Source: Candidatus Woesearchaeota archaeon (GTDB taxonomy: Archaea > Nanobdellota > Nanobdellia > Pacearchaeales > GW2011-AR1). From it: a DNA stretch of 64,000 nucleotides. Below the pieces are notes generated by a model that saw nothing but the letters and a program-made list of their open reading frames with translations, made no database searches and had not been told where the DNA came from. Below are positions 25,025 to 34,174 of the stretch, in pieces. The stretch spans positions 21,543 to 85,542 of the forward strand of contig CAYXNP010000003.1 in NCBI GenBank assembly GCA_964466575.1. The letters are read 5' to 3'. Made by a program: the position numbers and the translations under genes. Position 1 is the stretch's first letter. The number at the start of each line of letters is the position of its first letter.

Positions 25025-26901
25025 TTTCTGAGAATATTAAAAAAGGACAAGTTACAATTTTTATCATTGTTGCGATAATTCTTGTTTTTGCAGTTGTGAT
25101 TTTCTTTTTTTATAGAGAAAGCATTTTCAAAGATAAAGTTCCTGCGACAATAAGTCCTGTTTATAGCAGTTTTTTGGATTGTGTTGAAGAGGATACTTTG
25201 CTTGGAGTAGATATTCTTGGAACACAGGGAGGCTATATTTATGTTAATGAGTTAGAGTTTAGTCCTGGCAGTGCTTATATGCCTTTTTCTTCGCAGTTAG
25301 ATTTTTACGGCAACGCAGTTCCTTATTGGTATTATGTTTCTGGAAATAATATTCAGAAAGAAGAAATTCCTGCAAAATCAGATATGGAAAGAGAGCTGGA
25401 AAGATTTATTGAAGAGCAAATTGTTTTGTGTAATTTAAATTTGTATAAAGAGAACGGATACAAAATTGAGAATGGCGAGCCAAAAGTAGATGTGAAAATT
25501 AATAGCAAGAATATTGAAATTAATTTAGATATGGATTTGAATATTAGGAAGGGAGATGATAAGTATTCTGTTGCTTCGCATAAGAAAACTGTGAAGACAA
25601 ATTTTGGAAAGTTGTATGATATTGCGAGGGATGTTTATGATTATGAACAGGACACTTTGTTTTTGGAGAATTATGGAGTTGATACATTAAGGAATTATGC
25701 GCCTGTTGACGGTGTTGAGTTTTCATGCAAGCCAGAGACGTGGATTGCGTTGAATGTTTCTGAAACTTTGAAAGACGCGATTGAGGCGAACACACAGGCA
25801 TTGCGGGTTAAAGGCAAGTATTATGATTTGTCTAAAGATGGAAATAAATATTTTGTTGTTGACGTTGGCGATGATTTGTCTAAGGATTACAGAGTTAATT
25901 TTATGAATTCAAGATATTGGCCTTATGCGTTTGATGTTTCGCCGACTCAAGGAGATATTTTAATTGCGAATCCTGTTGGGAATCAAGAAGGTTTGGGAAT
26001 TTTGGGTTTTTGTTATGTGCCTTATCATTTTGTTTATGATTTGAAATATCCTGTTTTAGTTCAAGTAATGGATGAATCTGCCGACGAAGTTTTTCAATTC
26101 CCTGTTGCAGTTGTGATTCAAGGCAATAAACCAAGAGAACCTTTAGAAGGAAATGCAGCTGATTTAGGAGATGTTGAGCTTTGCCAGTATGCTAATCAAG
26201 AAGTTGAAGTCAGAACTTATAATACTAATTTAAATTCTGTTGACGCTGATATTTCTTTTAATTGTTTAGGAAGCAGGTGTAATATTGGTGAGACTTTTCA
26301 AGGAAGGCTGACAGAGTATTTTCCTCAATGTGTTAATGGATTTGTTATTGCAAAAGCTGAAGGTTATGAGACTGCGCAGTATTTGGTTTCAACTAATGTC
26401 GAGGATAGTGTGGATATTATTTTAGATAAATTGTATGAAGTTGATATTGATTTGTTAATTGACGGAAGGCCGACAAGCAAGGAAGCGATTATTTCATTTG
26501 CTGGAGATAATAAAGCCAAGACAATTATTTATCCTGAACAGAGAAGTGTTGAGTTGAGTCAGGGGTTGTATGATATTAAAGTTCAGGTTTTTGATGATTC
26601 TATTTTGACAATTGGAGCTACAACAACAAAACAGTGTTATGAAGTTCCTCGCGGTGCTGTTGGAGGATTTTTTGGAATTACAAAAGAAGAATGTGTTGAT
26701 ATTGAATATCCTGAACAAGTTGTTTCACAAGTTTTGATTGGCGGAGGAGAAGTTGAATATTTCATTTTAGAATCTGAATTAATTAACGCAAGAACAATTG
26801 AAATTGATACAGAGAGTTTGATTAAGCCAAATAGTATTGAGGCAATAAACACAAATTATAATTTATTTGAAAATAGAATTTTAGGGGTGAAGTTTAAATG
26901 A
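25021..26901 (+). CDS. secreted protein with an archaeal class III (type IV pilin-like) signal peptide
   Basis: N-terminus MISENIKKGQVTIFIIVAIILVFAVVIFFF has the KKGQ + hydrophobic-helix pattern. The rest has no recognised domain. ATGA overlap with the downstream giant gene. Confidence 0.6.
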   Translation: MISENIKKGQVTIFIIVAIILVFAVVIFFFYRESIFKDKVPATISPVYSSFLDCVEEDTLLGVDILGTQGGYIYVNELEFSPGSAYMPFSSQLDFYGNAVPYWYYVSGNNIQKEEIPAKSDMERELERFIEEQIVLCNLNLYKENGYKIENGEPKVDVKINSKNIEINLDMDLNIRKGDDKYSVASHKKTVKTNFGKLYDIARDVYDYEQDTLFLENYGVDTLRNYAPVDGVEFSCKPETWIALNVSETLKDAIEANTQALRVKGKYYDLSKDGNKYFVVDVGDDLSKDYRVNFMNSRYWPYAFDVSPTQGDILIANPVGNQEGLGILGFCYVPYHFVYDLKYPVLVQVMDESADEVFQFPVAVVIQGNKPREPLEGNAADLGDVELCQYANQEVEVRTYNTNLNSVDADISFNCLGSRCNIGETFQGRLTEYFPQCVNGFVIAKAEGYETAQYLVSTNVEDSVDIILDKLYEVDIDLLIDGRPTSKEAIISFAGDNKAKTIIYPEQRSVELSQGLYDIKVQVFDDSILTIGATTTKQCYEVPRGAVGGFFGITKEECVDIEYPEQVVSQVLIGGGEVEYFILESELINARTIEIDTESLIKPNSIEAINTNYNLFENRILGVKFK

Positions 26902-29900
26902 AATTTTCATTTGCGAAACTTACTAAGGTGCCCGAAACTCGCGACCCCACTCCTTCCCAAATATTTGAGACCCGCCCAAACGTGAAATCGCTTGCCCACC
27001 TATTTGAATCCCTAATACTAAGAAGTCCTGTTCATGATATTTCTAAGTGCCCACCCACCCCTAAATCTTCGTCCCACCCTAAATGGGTGGGTCCTGTTAG
27101 TGGAATTGCTAAGCCTATTAGTTTAACATTCATCTTGTTTTTCTTAATCGGAATTTTTATTTTGAATATAGCTTTAGTAAATTCGCAATATATTCCCCCA
27201 AGTTATCAAGCAGGTTATGGTTATGGAGGTGCGAATGATTATTGGAATTCTGCGAGTTATTCTCAAGCTCAAACTTATAGACCAGGATTAGGAACTAATT
27301 ATCCTTATTATAATTCAAATCAAAATTTGTATAGAGATCCTTATTATGGAGGAGATTATAGTTATAATAATCCTAATAGTAATTATCAATCTAGCAGTAT
27401 TTATTCTAATAGAAATCAATATTATAATTCATATTCAAACATGTATCCGACTTCATCGTATGGGAGAAATCCTTATTTATCGTCGGGATATGGGGGATAT
27501 TATCAGCCTTTTCCTTCGCAAACTTATTTACAAGGACAGGGAATTGATTTGTATAGGAATTTTGACGACGAGCAATGCGGTTTAGGACAGGATTTTTTAA
27601 TTCAGCAGGCGCCGTTTGGATGTTCGCCGAGCGTTGTTAGAAGTGATTTGTTAGAAGAACAAAATGTGCCTGTGTTTTGCCAGCTTGCTGCGACAAAATT
27701 AAATCCTTTGATTGATGTTGATGCGATTTATTCAATGGAATTTCGCCGCGATAAGAATTTTCCTGAAGATGTTGTTGGTGTTGGGTTTCATCCTGCAAGA
27801 GCTGCAGTAAGGCAAACATCTTATCTTGGCAGTTCATCTTCTTATGGAGCTAGTTTTTCCGGCAGAACAGGCAGTTTGCTTAATTCAGCTGTTATGAATA
27901 ATGTTGGCTATGCAGTTGTAGTTTTGAAACAGCAGCCAAATGAAAAAGATATGCCTGATTCGATTTCTGGAAATCTTACTGCTGTTTTAAGGTATGATGT
28001 TAAGAATGCATTTGGTGTTGGGAATGTTGAATTTGCATTGCCGCAAGTTGATGATTTATCATGGAATGAAGATTATAGGAAATATAGTTTTTGGAAAGGC
28101 AGGGGATTTTTGCGGGCCGATTTAGTTGAGCCTGACAGAGCAGTTATTTCAATAATGTCTGACCAGAATTTAAAAATTGATACTGTGAGTTTGACTGTTG
28201 GACAAACTGCTCGAGAAGTTAGAATGCCTGGATTTTATTGTTTTGCAAAAGCAGAAGTTAAGTTAGATAGAATTGGATTTCCTGATACGACTGCCCGATT
28301 AAGGATTGATAATGATTATGTTGATTTAGTCGCTGACCAAAGATTTTTAGATGATAGATGCAGGGTTCAGTTTGTTGAAAAGAATGGCTTGTCTGAATTT
28401 GCGCAGATAAGATGCAGTGAAGACGACGGTGCGACAAGATATTATGAATTTCAGAAAAGTCCGCGAGTTGTTTTAAAAATTAATGATGTGGAGGGAACTT
28501 ACAAAGTTGGAGAGCCATTGTCTTTGTTTGGAACTTCGTATTATGTTGTCAGGGCAATTGAGCAAAACGATGAAAATGGAAAGATTTCAATTGTTTTAGA
28601 TTCTTCTTTGACGCCTTATAATTATAGAAGCTATCCAAGTTTGACGTCGAGTTCGAGTTCGTATTTGTATAATAATAATTTGAGAATTGATTTAGGAGAA
28701 ACATTGGATTTGTCTGATGATAATAAAATTCAATTTTTAAGTTTGTCAGAAGGTGTAAATGAAGACTTTTCTCAAGAAAATGATGTGGATGTTGGTAATT
28801 ATAATTCTGTGTTTAAAGAGAATTATGATAATGCTATTGCTGATTATTCCAGAGTTGCAAGTGATTTTGCGAATGAGCTTATGGAACCAGGTTTTGGCGA
28901 AGCAGGGAAAACTTATGGAGAAGAAGCATTGGAGAGAGCTGCTTACTTGGCAGAGGCGACAGGACAGATATTAACAAGCAAAGAGTTTATTGATAAAATG
29001 AAAGACGAGTATGGTGAATTAGAAAATGAAAATGAGCTTCGGCTTTTGGCAGACGAGTCTTTGTTTTATTCAGAGGAAGAAACAAGCGGTGTTATGATTG
29101 ACGGAAGGTTGCATATTATTACTTTTTTAGGAGCAAGCAAACCGAGGTTAAGTGATTTTAGCGCAAAGTTTTTTGTAAAAAATACTCAAACAAATAAAGT
29201 TGATGATTTTGTTTTAGGAAAAGATGGCAGGCGAGAATTTGATAGAGGAAATAATCGGGATCAAATTATTCTTAGATATTTAGATGAATTTTCTGCTGAT
29301 ATAGATTATATCGGAGAAGAATATATTGATGCTAATTTGAGCAGAAGAAATATTTCAAGAAGGTTTACTGTTTTTAGAGACAGGCCGATTACTATTGGTA
29401 ATGGGAAATACACCCTTTCTGTTGAGAATATTAATTTTAAGAATGTTGCTTATGTAAGAATTGAGCCAAAGTTGGAAGATATTAGGACAGAGGCGAATTT
29501 TAGCATTAATATTGGAATTGAAAAACGGGCGATTAAATTGAGTCCTGAACAAACTGAAAATAGGATTAATAAAGCGAATGAGACGCTTGAAAAGTTGAAT
29601 AAGATTTCTGATGGACTTGGAAAAGTTGTGAAAGGAACAAAGGCAGCGTGTCTTGCTACTGGCGGGTTTTTGATTACAAAGAATTTCCTGCAGAATTTGG
29701 GAGGCAAGCAAATCGCAAGACAGCAAATTATGAGAAGCCAGGGAGGCTGGCAAGAGTTTTGCAGACAGGCAATTGCAGATAATGATGGAAATTATGCAAG
29801 CATGGATGATTGTTTTAATAAAAATGCAGATGCAATTGACGCCGACGTTGAAACACTTAATGGATTTATACAAAAGCAAAACGATGAGATAAAAGCTGCA

Positions 29901-32816
29901 AAAGGAACCCAAGGAGCAAGTATTTTTGGAAATGATTATTATGATAATGATGAATATGTAAAAAATTATCTTCCTGGTGTAAAGAGTGATATAGAAGCTT
30001 ATGGAAAAGATATTGTTGATCCAAATAATCCTGATAGGAAAATTACTTCTGAACGGTTGGCAAGCATATTAGAACAGAAATATGAAAAAGAGGGAGGTTA
30101 TAGTATTGAACAAGCAAGAGATGTCCAATTGTATGCGCGGATTTTGAATTCAGAGGAAGTTTCTGCTGATTCAAGATTATATAAAATGACTCAAAAGAAT
30201 TTATATGATACTGCTGCCTTGATGGATGAGACAACTCAAGGATTAATTGATGCTGATACATTGCAAAATGATTTTGCAAGCAAGGGATTTCCTAATATTA
30301 ATATTCATTCTTATGGCAAAAAGAATTCTGTTACTGGAATTTATAGCGGAGGAACTGTTTTGGGAAGTAATATTAAAGGAGTTGAATTAACTGAAGAAGA
30401 AAAGAAAAAGAGTTTTGCATTTGAGCCATTTTATTATGGGAATGAAAAATATGTTGCGCTTTTAGATGGTTCTGGAGGAAATAGATATAATATTAAAAAT
30501 GTTTACAAATTAGGTGATGTTGGTGCTGGGAATGTGATTAATGTTGCCAGCGCTTCCGACGAGGCTACGCTTAAACAACAGTTTAGAGGATTTGAGAAAT
30601 TTGACGTGAATTCTTATAATAATGTTTACAAAAGTCCTGAAGCAAGATTTTATGAAGCTGAGCCTTACAAAGGATTTCCAGCTGTTGTTCCATTTGATAC
30701 GACAAAAGGATGGTATGCTGCAACTAAGCAGACAATTGCTGCGTTTGGAAGTTTAGGTGCGTTTGATGATTCAGGAAGGATTTCTAGTTTCTGGCTTTGT
30801 AATGTTGGCAGTAATGGGCTGGAAGAATTTAATACTGGTTTTGGCGACGATAATTGTCAGCAGATTAATATTGGAACTAACCAGCCTTATGGAGAAATTT
30901 TAGGATTACCGGTTGGTGAGGCGTCAAGACTTGTTGGAAGAGCAATTAGGGCATTGGAATCTGCTTCGAGTCAAAGGCAGGGCAATGTAAATATAAAATA
31001 TATTTCAATTGAAGGACAGAGAATAAAAGTCGGCAATCCTGCTGCGAATATTCCGCAGATGCAATGCCAGGATTTTATGTCGCCTAAGGATTGTCATTTG
31101 TTGTTTAATGTCTGCGACCCTGTGATTTGTCCGTCGTCAAGGTGCAACCTTGGAGGAAATTATAATGTGCCGAATGTTATTCAATCTGGAATAATTGGAA
31201 GCATCGCATTGTGTTTGCCAAATTATAAGGAGGGAATTGCTGTTCCTGTTTGTTTGAGTGGTGTGAATGCTGGTGTGCAAAGTCTTCAAAGTATTTATCA
31301 AAATTATCATGATTGTCTGAGAGAAAGTTTAGATACTGGAAGACAGACTGGAATTTGCGACGAGATTCATAGTATTTATTTGTGCGATTTCTTCTGGCAG
31401 CAGGCGACGCCGATTGCGAAGATTGGAATTCCAAAATTAATTGGAAGTTTGCTTGGAGAAGGAACCAGAGGAGGAGGAGAATATCTTGGAGTTCAGAGCG
31501 CTTGGGAAGGAGCTTCTAATTCAATGGATTATTTTACAAAGAGTTATGCAGAAAATTCTTACAATGCATTTAAAGTTAGAAGCACTGATGAAGTTGGAAC
31601 TCAAGTTTGCAAGAATTTTGCTTCATTAAGATTTCCTGATGTGATTGATAATTTGATTGAGCCTGATTCGCCGCCGCAATATAACGCGTGGTTTGATGAA
31701 ATTCCTTTGACAACAGCGACGGTTCCTGCAACTTCGCAGTATAAAGTGTTTTATCATATTTTTGGCGGAAAAGATTTTGGAAGTTATTATACTGTTTATT
31801 TGAAATCTGCTTCCGGAACTTCATTTTTTGAAACTCCTGGAAGATTAGTTGTTGCTTCAGGATATATTGACAGAGGTGGTTATGCGTCAGATACTTTGGA
31901 TTTTACTCAGTCTGCGGGATATAGTGAGTTGTGTGTTAGTGTTAATGCGCAGGAAGAGTGCGGGTTCCAGAAAGTTTCGACTTCGTTTGCTTTGGATTAT
32001 TTGAGCAACAAATATCTTAATGAGCAGGCGTCAGCGACGGGAATTATGTCTGAGAGTGAATGTGTTTCTGGAAGTTCTAGTTTGTACTCGTTGGCTCAGC
32101 CGAATTTACAACAAGGTGTTGATGAAGTTATTAATCCTCAACTTTATAATTATGGAATTGTGAGAGTGTGTTCAACTGATAACCCTGGAAATAGAAATGA
32201 TCCAAAGACCGGGACTGATGCTTCAAGATGGCGTGTTGTTGGAAACTGCGACGGAAGTGTTGGAAAAGTTCAGTGTTGGGTTGATACTCGAAGTGTTAAA
32301 GAAAATATTGATATTAAATATTTAGAAAAAGGCGCATTAGATAGTATTGATGCGAATTATATGGATTTCTTAAACGGAACTGAAGGTTTTATGGATCAAG
32401 GAGAAGTTCAATCTCAAATAGAATCAATAGATAAAGGAACACTTAGTGATAATGAAAAGATAAATACTATTACTGATATTTTGGATAAGGTTGTGTTTAG
32501 TCATCAGAAAGCTTATTTGCTGTTGTTAAGAGGAGATGCTTATAAGAATCTTGCAATTCAAGCATATACTGGTATTAAGAGTAAATTAAGAGAGAAAGAT
32601 TCTGTTGTGCCTGTTGAAAATCCAAGGCCAGAAGATAAACCTAATTCTTTGCCTGTTGTTGAAGTGCCTGTAAGTGAGACAGATAAAAAAGATTCGAGTG
32701 AGCAACAAAAGATTGATGAAGAAAATGCGAGAAAGGCAGAAGAGGCAAGGATAAGGGCAGATGAAAAAGAAAGATTGTTGAGAGAAATTAATCAAGGTGT
32801 TGGCGCAGTTGCTTGA
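26898..32816 (+). CDS. giant (1972 aa) membrane-anchored extracellular protein
   Basis: Uninterrupted ORF with a TM helix at aa 74-96, a Tyr/Asn/Ser/Gly low-complexity region at aa 97-215, a Cys-rich region around aa 1380-1560, and a K/E-rich coiled-coil tail. An alternative GTG start at 27087 would exclude the repeat-derived N-terminus. Confidence 0.75.
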   Translation: MKFSFAKLTKVPETRDPTPSQIFETRPNVKSLAHLFESLILRSPVHDISKCPPTPKSSSHPKWVGPVSGIAKPISLTFILFFLIGIFILNIALVNSQYIPPSYQAGYGYGGANDYWNSASYSQAQTYRPGLGTNYPYYNSNQNLYRDPYYGGDYSYNNPNSNYQSSSIYSNRNQYYNSYSNMYPTSSYGRNPYLSSGYGGYYQPFPSQTYLQGQGIDLYRNFDDEQCGLGQDFLIQQAPFGCSPSVVRSDLLEEQNVPVFCQLAATKLNPLIDVDAIYSMEFRRDKNFPEDVVGVGFHPARAAVRQTSYLGSSSSYGASFSGRTGSLLNSAVMNNVGYAVVVLKQQPNEKDMPDSISGNLTAVLRYDVKNAFGVGNVEFALPQVDDLSWNEDYRKYSFWKGRGFLRADLVEPDRAVISIMSDQNLKIDTVSLTVGQTAREVRMPGFYCFAKAEVKLDRIGFPDTTARLRIDNDYVDLVADQRFLDDRCRVQFVEKNGLSEFAQIRCSEDDGATRYYEFQKSPRVVLKINDVEGTYKVGEPLSLFGTSYYVVRAIEQNDENGKISIVLDSSLTPYNYRSYPSLTSSSSSYLYNNNLRIDLGETLDLSDDNKIQFLSLSEGVNEDFSQENDVDVGNYNSVFKENYDNAIADYSRVASDFANELMEPGFGEAGKTYGEEALERAAYLAEATGQILTSKEFIDKMKDEYGELENENELRLLADESLFYSEEETSGVMIDGRLHIITFLGASKPRLSDFSAKFFVKNTQTNKVDDFVLGKDGRREFDRGNNRDQIILRYLDEFSADIDYIGEEYIDANLSRRNISRRFTVFRDRPITIGNGKYTLSVENINFKNVAYVRIEPKLEDIRTEANFSINIGIEKRAIKLSPEQTENRINKANETLEKLNKISDGLGKVVKGTKAACLATGGFLITKNFLQNLGGKQIARQQIMRSQGGWQEFCRQAIADNDGNYASMDDCFNKNADAIDADVETLNGFIQKQNDEIKAAKGTQGASIFGNDYYDNDEYVKNYLPGVKSDIEAYGKDIVDPNNPDRKITSERLASILEQKYEKEGGYSIEQARDVQLYARILNSEEVSADSRLYKMTQKNLYDTAALMDETTQGLIDADTLQNDFASKGFPNINIHSYGKKNSVTGIYSGGTVLGSNIKGVELTEEEKKKSFAFEPFYYGNEKYVALLDGSGGNRYNIKNVYKLGDVGAGNVINVASASDEATLKQQFRGFEKFDVNSYNNVYKSPEARFYEAEPYKGFPAVVPFDTTKGWYAATKQTIAAFGSLGAFDDSGRISSFWLCNVGSNGLEEFNTGFGDDNCQQINIGTNQPYGEILGLPVGEASRLVGRAIRALESASSQRQGNVNIKYISIEGQRIKVGNPAANIPQMQCQDFMSPKDCHLLFNVCDPVICPSSRCNLGGNYNVPNVIQSGIIGSIALCLPNYKEGIAVPVCLSGVNAGVQSLQSIYQNYHDCLRESLDTGRQTGICDEIHSIYLCDFFWQQATPIAKIGIPKLIGSLLGEGTRGGGEYLGVQSAWEGASNSMDYFTKSYAENSYNAFKVRSTDEVGTQVCKNFASLRFPDVIDNLIEPDSPPQYNAWFDEIPLTTATVPATSQYKVFYHIFGGKDFGSYYTVYLKSASGTSFFETPGRLVVASGYIDRGGYASDTLDFTQSAGYSELCVSVNAQEECGFQKVSTSFALDYLSNKYLNEQASATGIMSESECVSGSSSLYSLAQPNLQQGVDEVINPQLYNYGIVRVCSTDNPGNRNDPKTGTDASRWRVVGNCDGSVGKVQCWVDTRSVKENIDIKYLEKGALDSIDANYMDFLNGTEGFMDQGEVQSQIESIDKGTLSDNEKINTITDILDKVVFSHQKAYLLLLRGDAYKNLAIQAYTGIKSKLREKDSVVPVENPRPEDKPNSLPVVEVPVSETDKKDSSEQQKIDEENARKAEEARIRADEKERLLREINQGVGAVA
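26925..27091 (+). repeat. family A-long element (26925-27017) plus C-tract core (27042-27091) at the 5' end of the giant ORF
   Basis: The 93-nt block differs at 6 positions (manual alignment) from 48542-48634 inside GlyRS, and is read in the same frame. Confidence 0.8.
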
Positions 32817-32837
32817 TTCTAAATAAAATTAGCGGCC

Positions 32838-33062
32838 CGCTCCAAAGTCGCTCGCGTTATTTATTGCAGCTCGCGACCTCACTCGAACAAAGTTTTGAGG
32901 CAACACTCGTGAAATCGCTCATCAAAACCGACTTTGTCAAGTTCTTCGCTTAAAGAAATTATGAACCCAAAAATTCTGAAATATTTTGTTATCAGGTTTT
33001 CTCGATGAATAATCGTGTCAAAAGGTCGATTATAAGTTAATAATTCTCGCGACTTTGGAGCG
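32838..33062. mobile_element. MITE-like element with 14-bp TIRs CGCTCCAAAGTCGC/GCGACTTTGGAGCG, carrying a nested family A core (32870-32921)
   Basis: TIRs at 32838-32851 and 33049-33062. Internal modules are shared with 54960-55260 and 18190-18290. Confidence 0.7.
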
Positions 33063-33171
33063 AGCAACTTCACGAGAACTAATTTGAAATATTAATAGCG
33101 AGTGGGGTTAGGAGTAGAGTGATTTTTAGGATTCTAAAGATTTTTATATGAATAATTTCTGGTATTTCTAT

Positions 33172-33314
33172 GCGGGAATGCCGGATGTCGCTTATATACT
33201 TAAGCTCGTCCATCACCCCAAATATTGAAGCGGGAATGCCGGAGAACTCGCGACCTCACTCGAACAAAGTTTTGAGGCGAGACTCGTGAAATCGCTCGGG
33301 TCAAACGGGCGAAG
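33172..33314 (+). pseudogene. two partial 5' copies of tRNA-Leu, the second split in the D-loop by a family A element (33247-33298)
   Basis: GCGGGAATGCCGGA occurs at 33172. GCGGGAATGCCGGAG + insert + GGTCAAACGGGCGAAG occurs at 33230-33314. Both are compared with the intact gene at 33337. Confidence 0.8.
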
Positions 33315-33336
33315 AAGTTTTCTCATTCACCGAATG

Positions 33337-33421
33337 CGGGAATGCCGGAGTGGTCAAACGGGCGAGGTTTAGGACCTCGTGTGCTTAGTGCCTACCTAGG
33401 TTCGAATCCTAGTTCCCGCAT
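33337..33421 (+). tRNA. tRNA-Leu (anticodon TAG), long variable arm
   Basis: Acceptor GCGGGAA/TTCCCGC, anticodon arm CGAGG-TTTAGGA-CCTCG, T-arm CTAGG-TTCGAAT-CCTAG. Confidence 0.85.
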
Positions 33422-33479
33422 CATGCAATCAGAGATTGCATTAATTAAATTGGGATGAGAACCGACGGTTCGACGAGCA

Positions 33480-33685
33480 ATTTCGTGTTAAGGGCGTAAG
33501 TGGAAAGAGGTGGCGAGTGATTTCGCGAAAGTAAAAATTCAAATATTTATGGGTGTGGCAGTGAGCGGGGTCGCGAGTAGAGATTGCGAGCATCCTAGTT
33601 CCCGCATTACTATTGAACGAAGTGAAATAGTATGTGAATTATAATTCTTAATAGAGGAGTGGGTTAGGGTTTCCTAGTTCTCGCA
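33480..33685. repeat. repeat block with reverse-oriented family A copies and two partial 3' copies of tRNA-Leu (33594-33606, 33673-33685)
   Basis: CGAGTGATTTCGCG..GGGGTCGCGAG at 33514-33577. ATCCTAGTTCCCGCAT and TCCTAGTTCTCGCAT repeat the tRNA 3' end. Confidence 0.7.
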
Positions 33686-33739
33686 TAAACACTTTTCTAA
33701 TGCAATAATCTATAAAAACACTCTAATCAATTTTTAATT

Positions 33740-34060
33740 ATGAGTTTAGATGATAAAACTAAGAAAAGAATCTTTGAAGGAAGTAATGGTAATCGAGAGG
33801 TTACAGTTGTCACGACTAGATTGACTGAAGAAGAGGCAAGAGAAATGTTTCTATATAGGCCATCTAGTAAATATTCTGAATCACGATTTGGAGGAAATAC
33901 ATTAGTAGATGATGCGTGTTTATTATTAAATGAACTTGCTCATAGATGTGAAATGTGCAGAGCCCCTACAAAAAAAGAATATTTGATAGAAAATGTTTGT
34001 CCTGATTGTGACGGTCGTTCAGAGTATAATGGAACTGACCCGAGGGCATCTGTTAGGTAA
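33740..34060 (+). CDS. hypothetical zinc-ribbon protein
   Basis: CEMC...CPDC motif; otherwise an orphan. Confidence 0.45.
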   Translation: MSLDDKTKKRIFEGSNGNREVTVVTTRLTEEEAREMFLYRPSSKYSESRFGGNTLVDDACLLLNELAHRCEMCRAPTKKEYLIENVCPDCDGRSEYNGTDPRASVR

Positions 34061-34174
34061 TTTTAAAGTTAATCAAATTTTGAATTTATTAAGATGATTG
34101 CAGGATTATTTGTTAATGATTTAGGATTATTAGATATTAATATGCGAACAGAGTGAGCAGGTATTATTTTAGAA

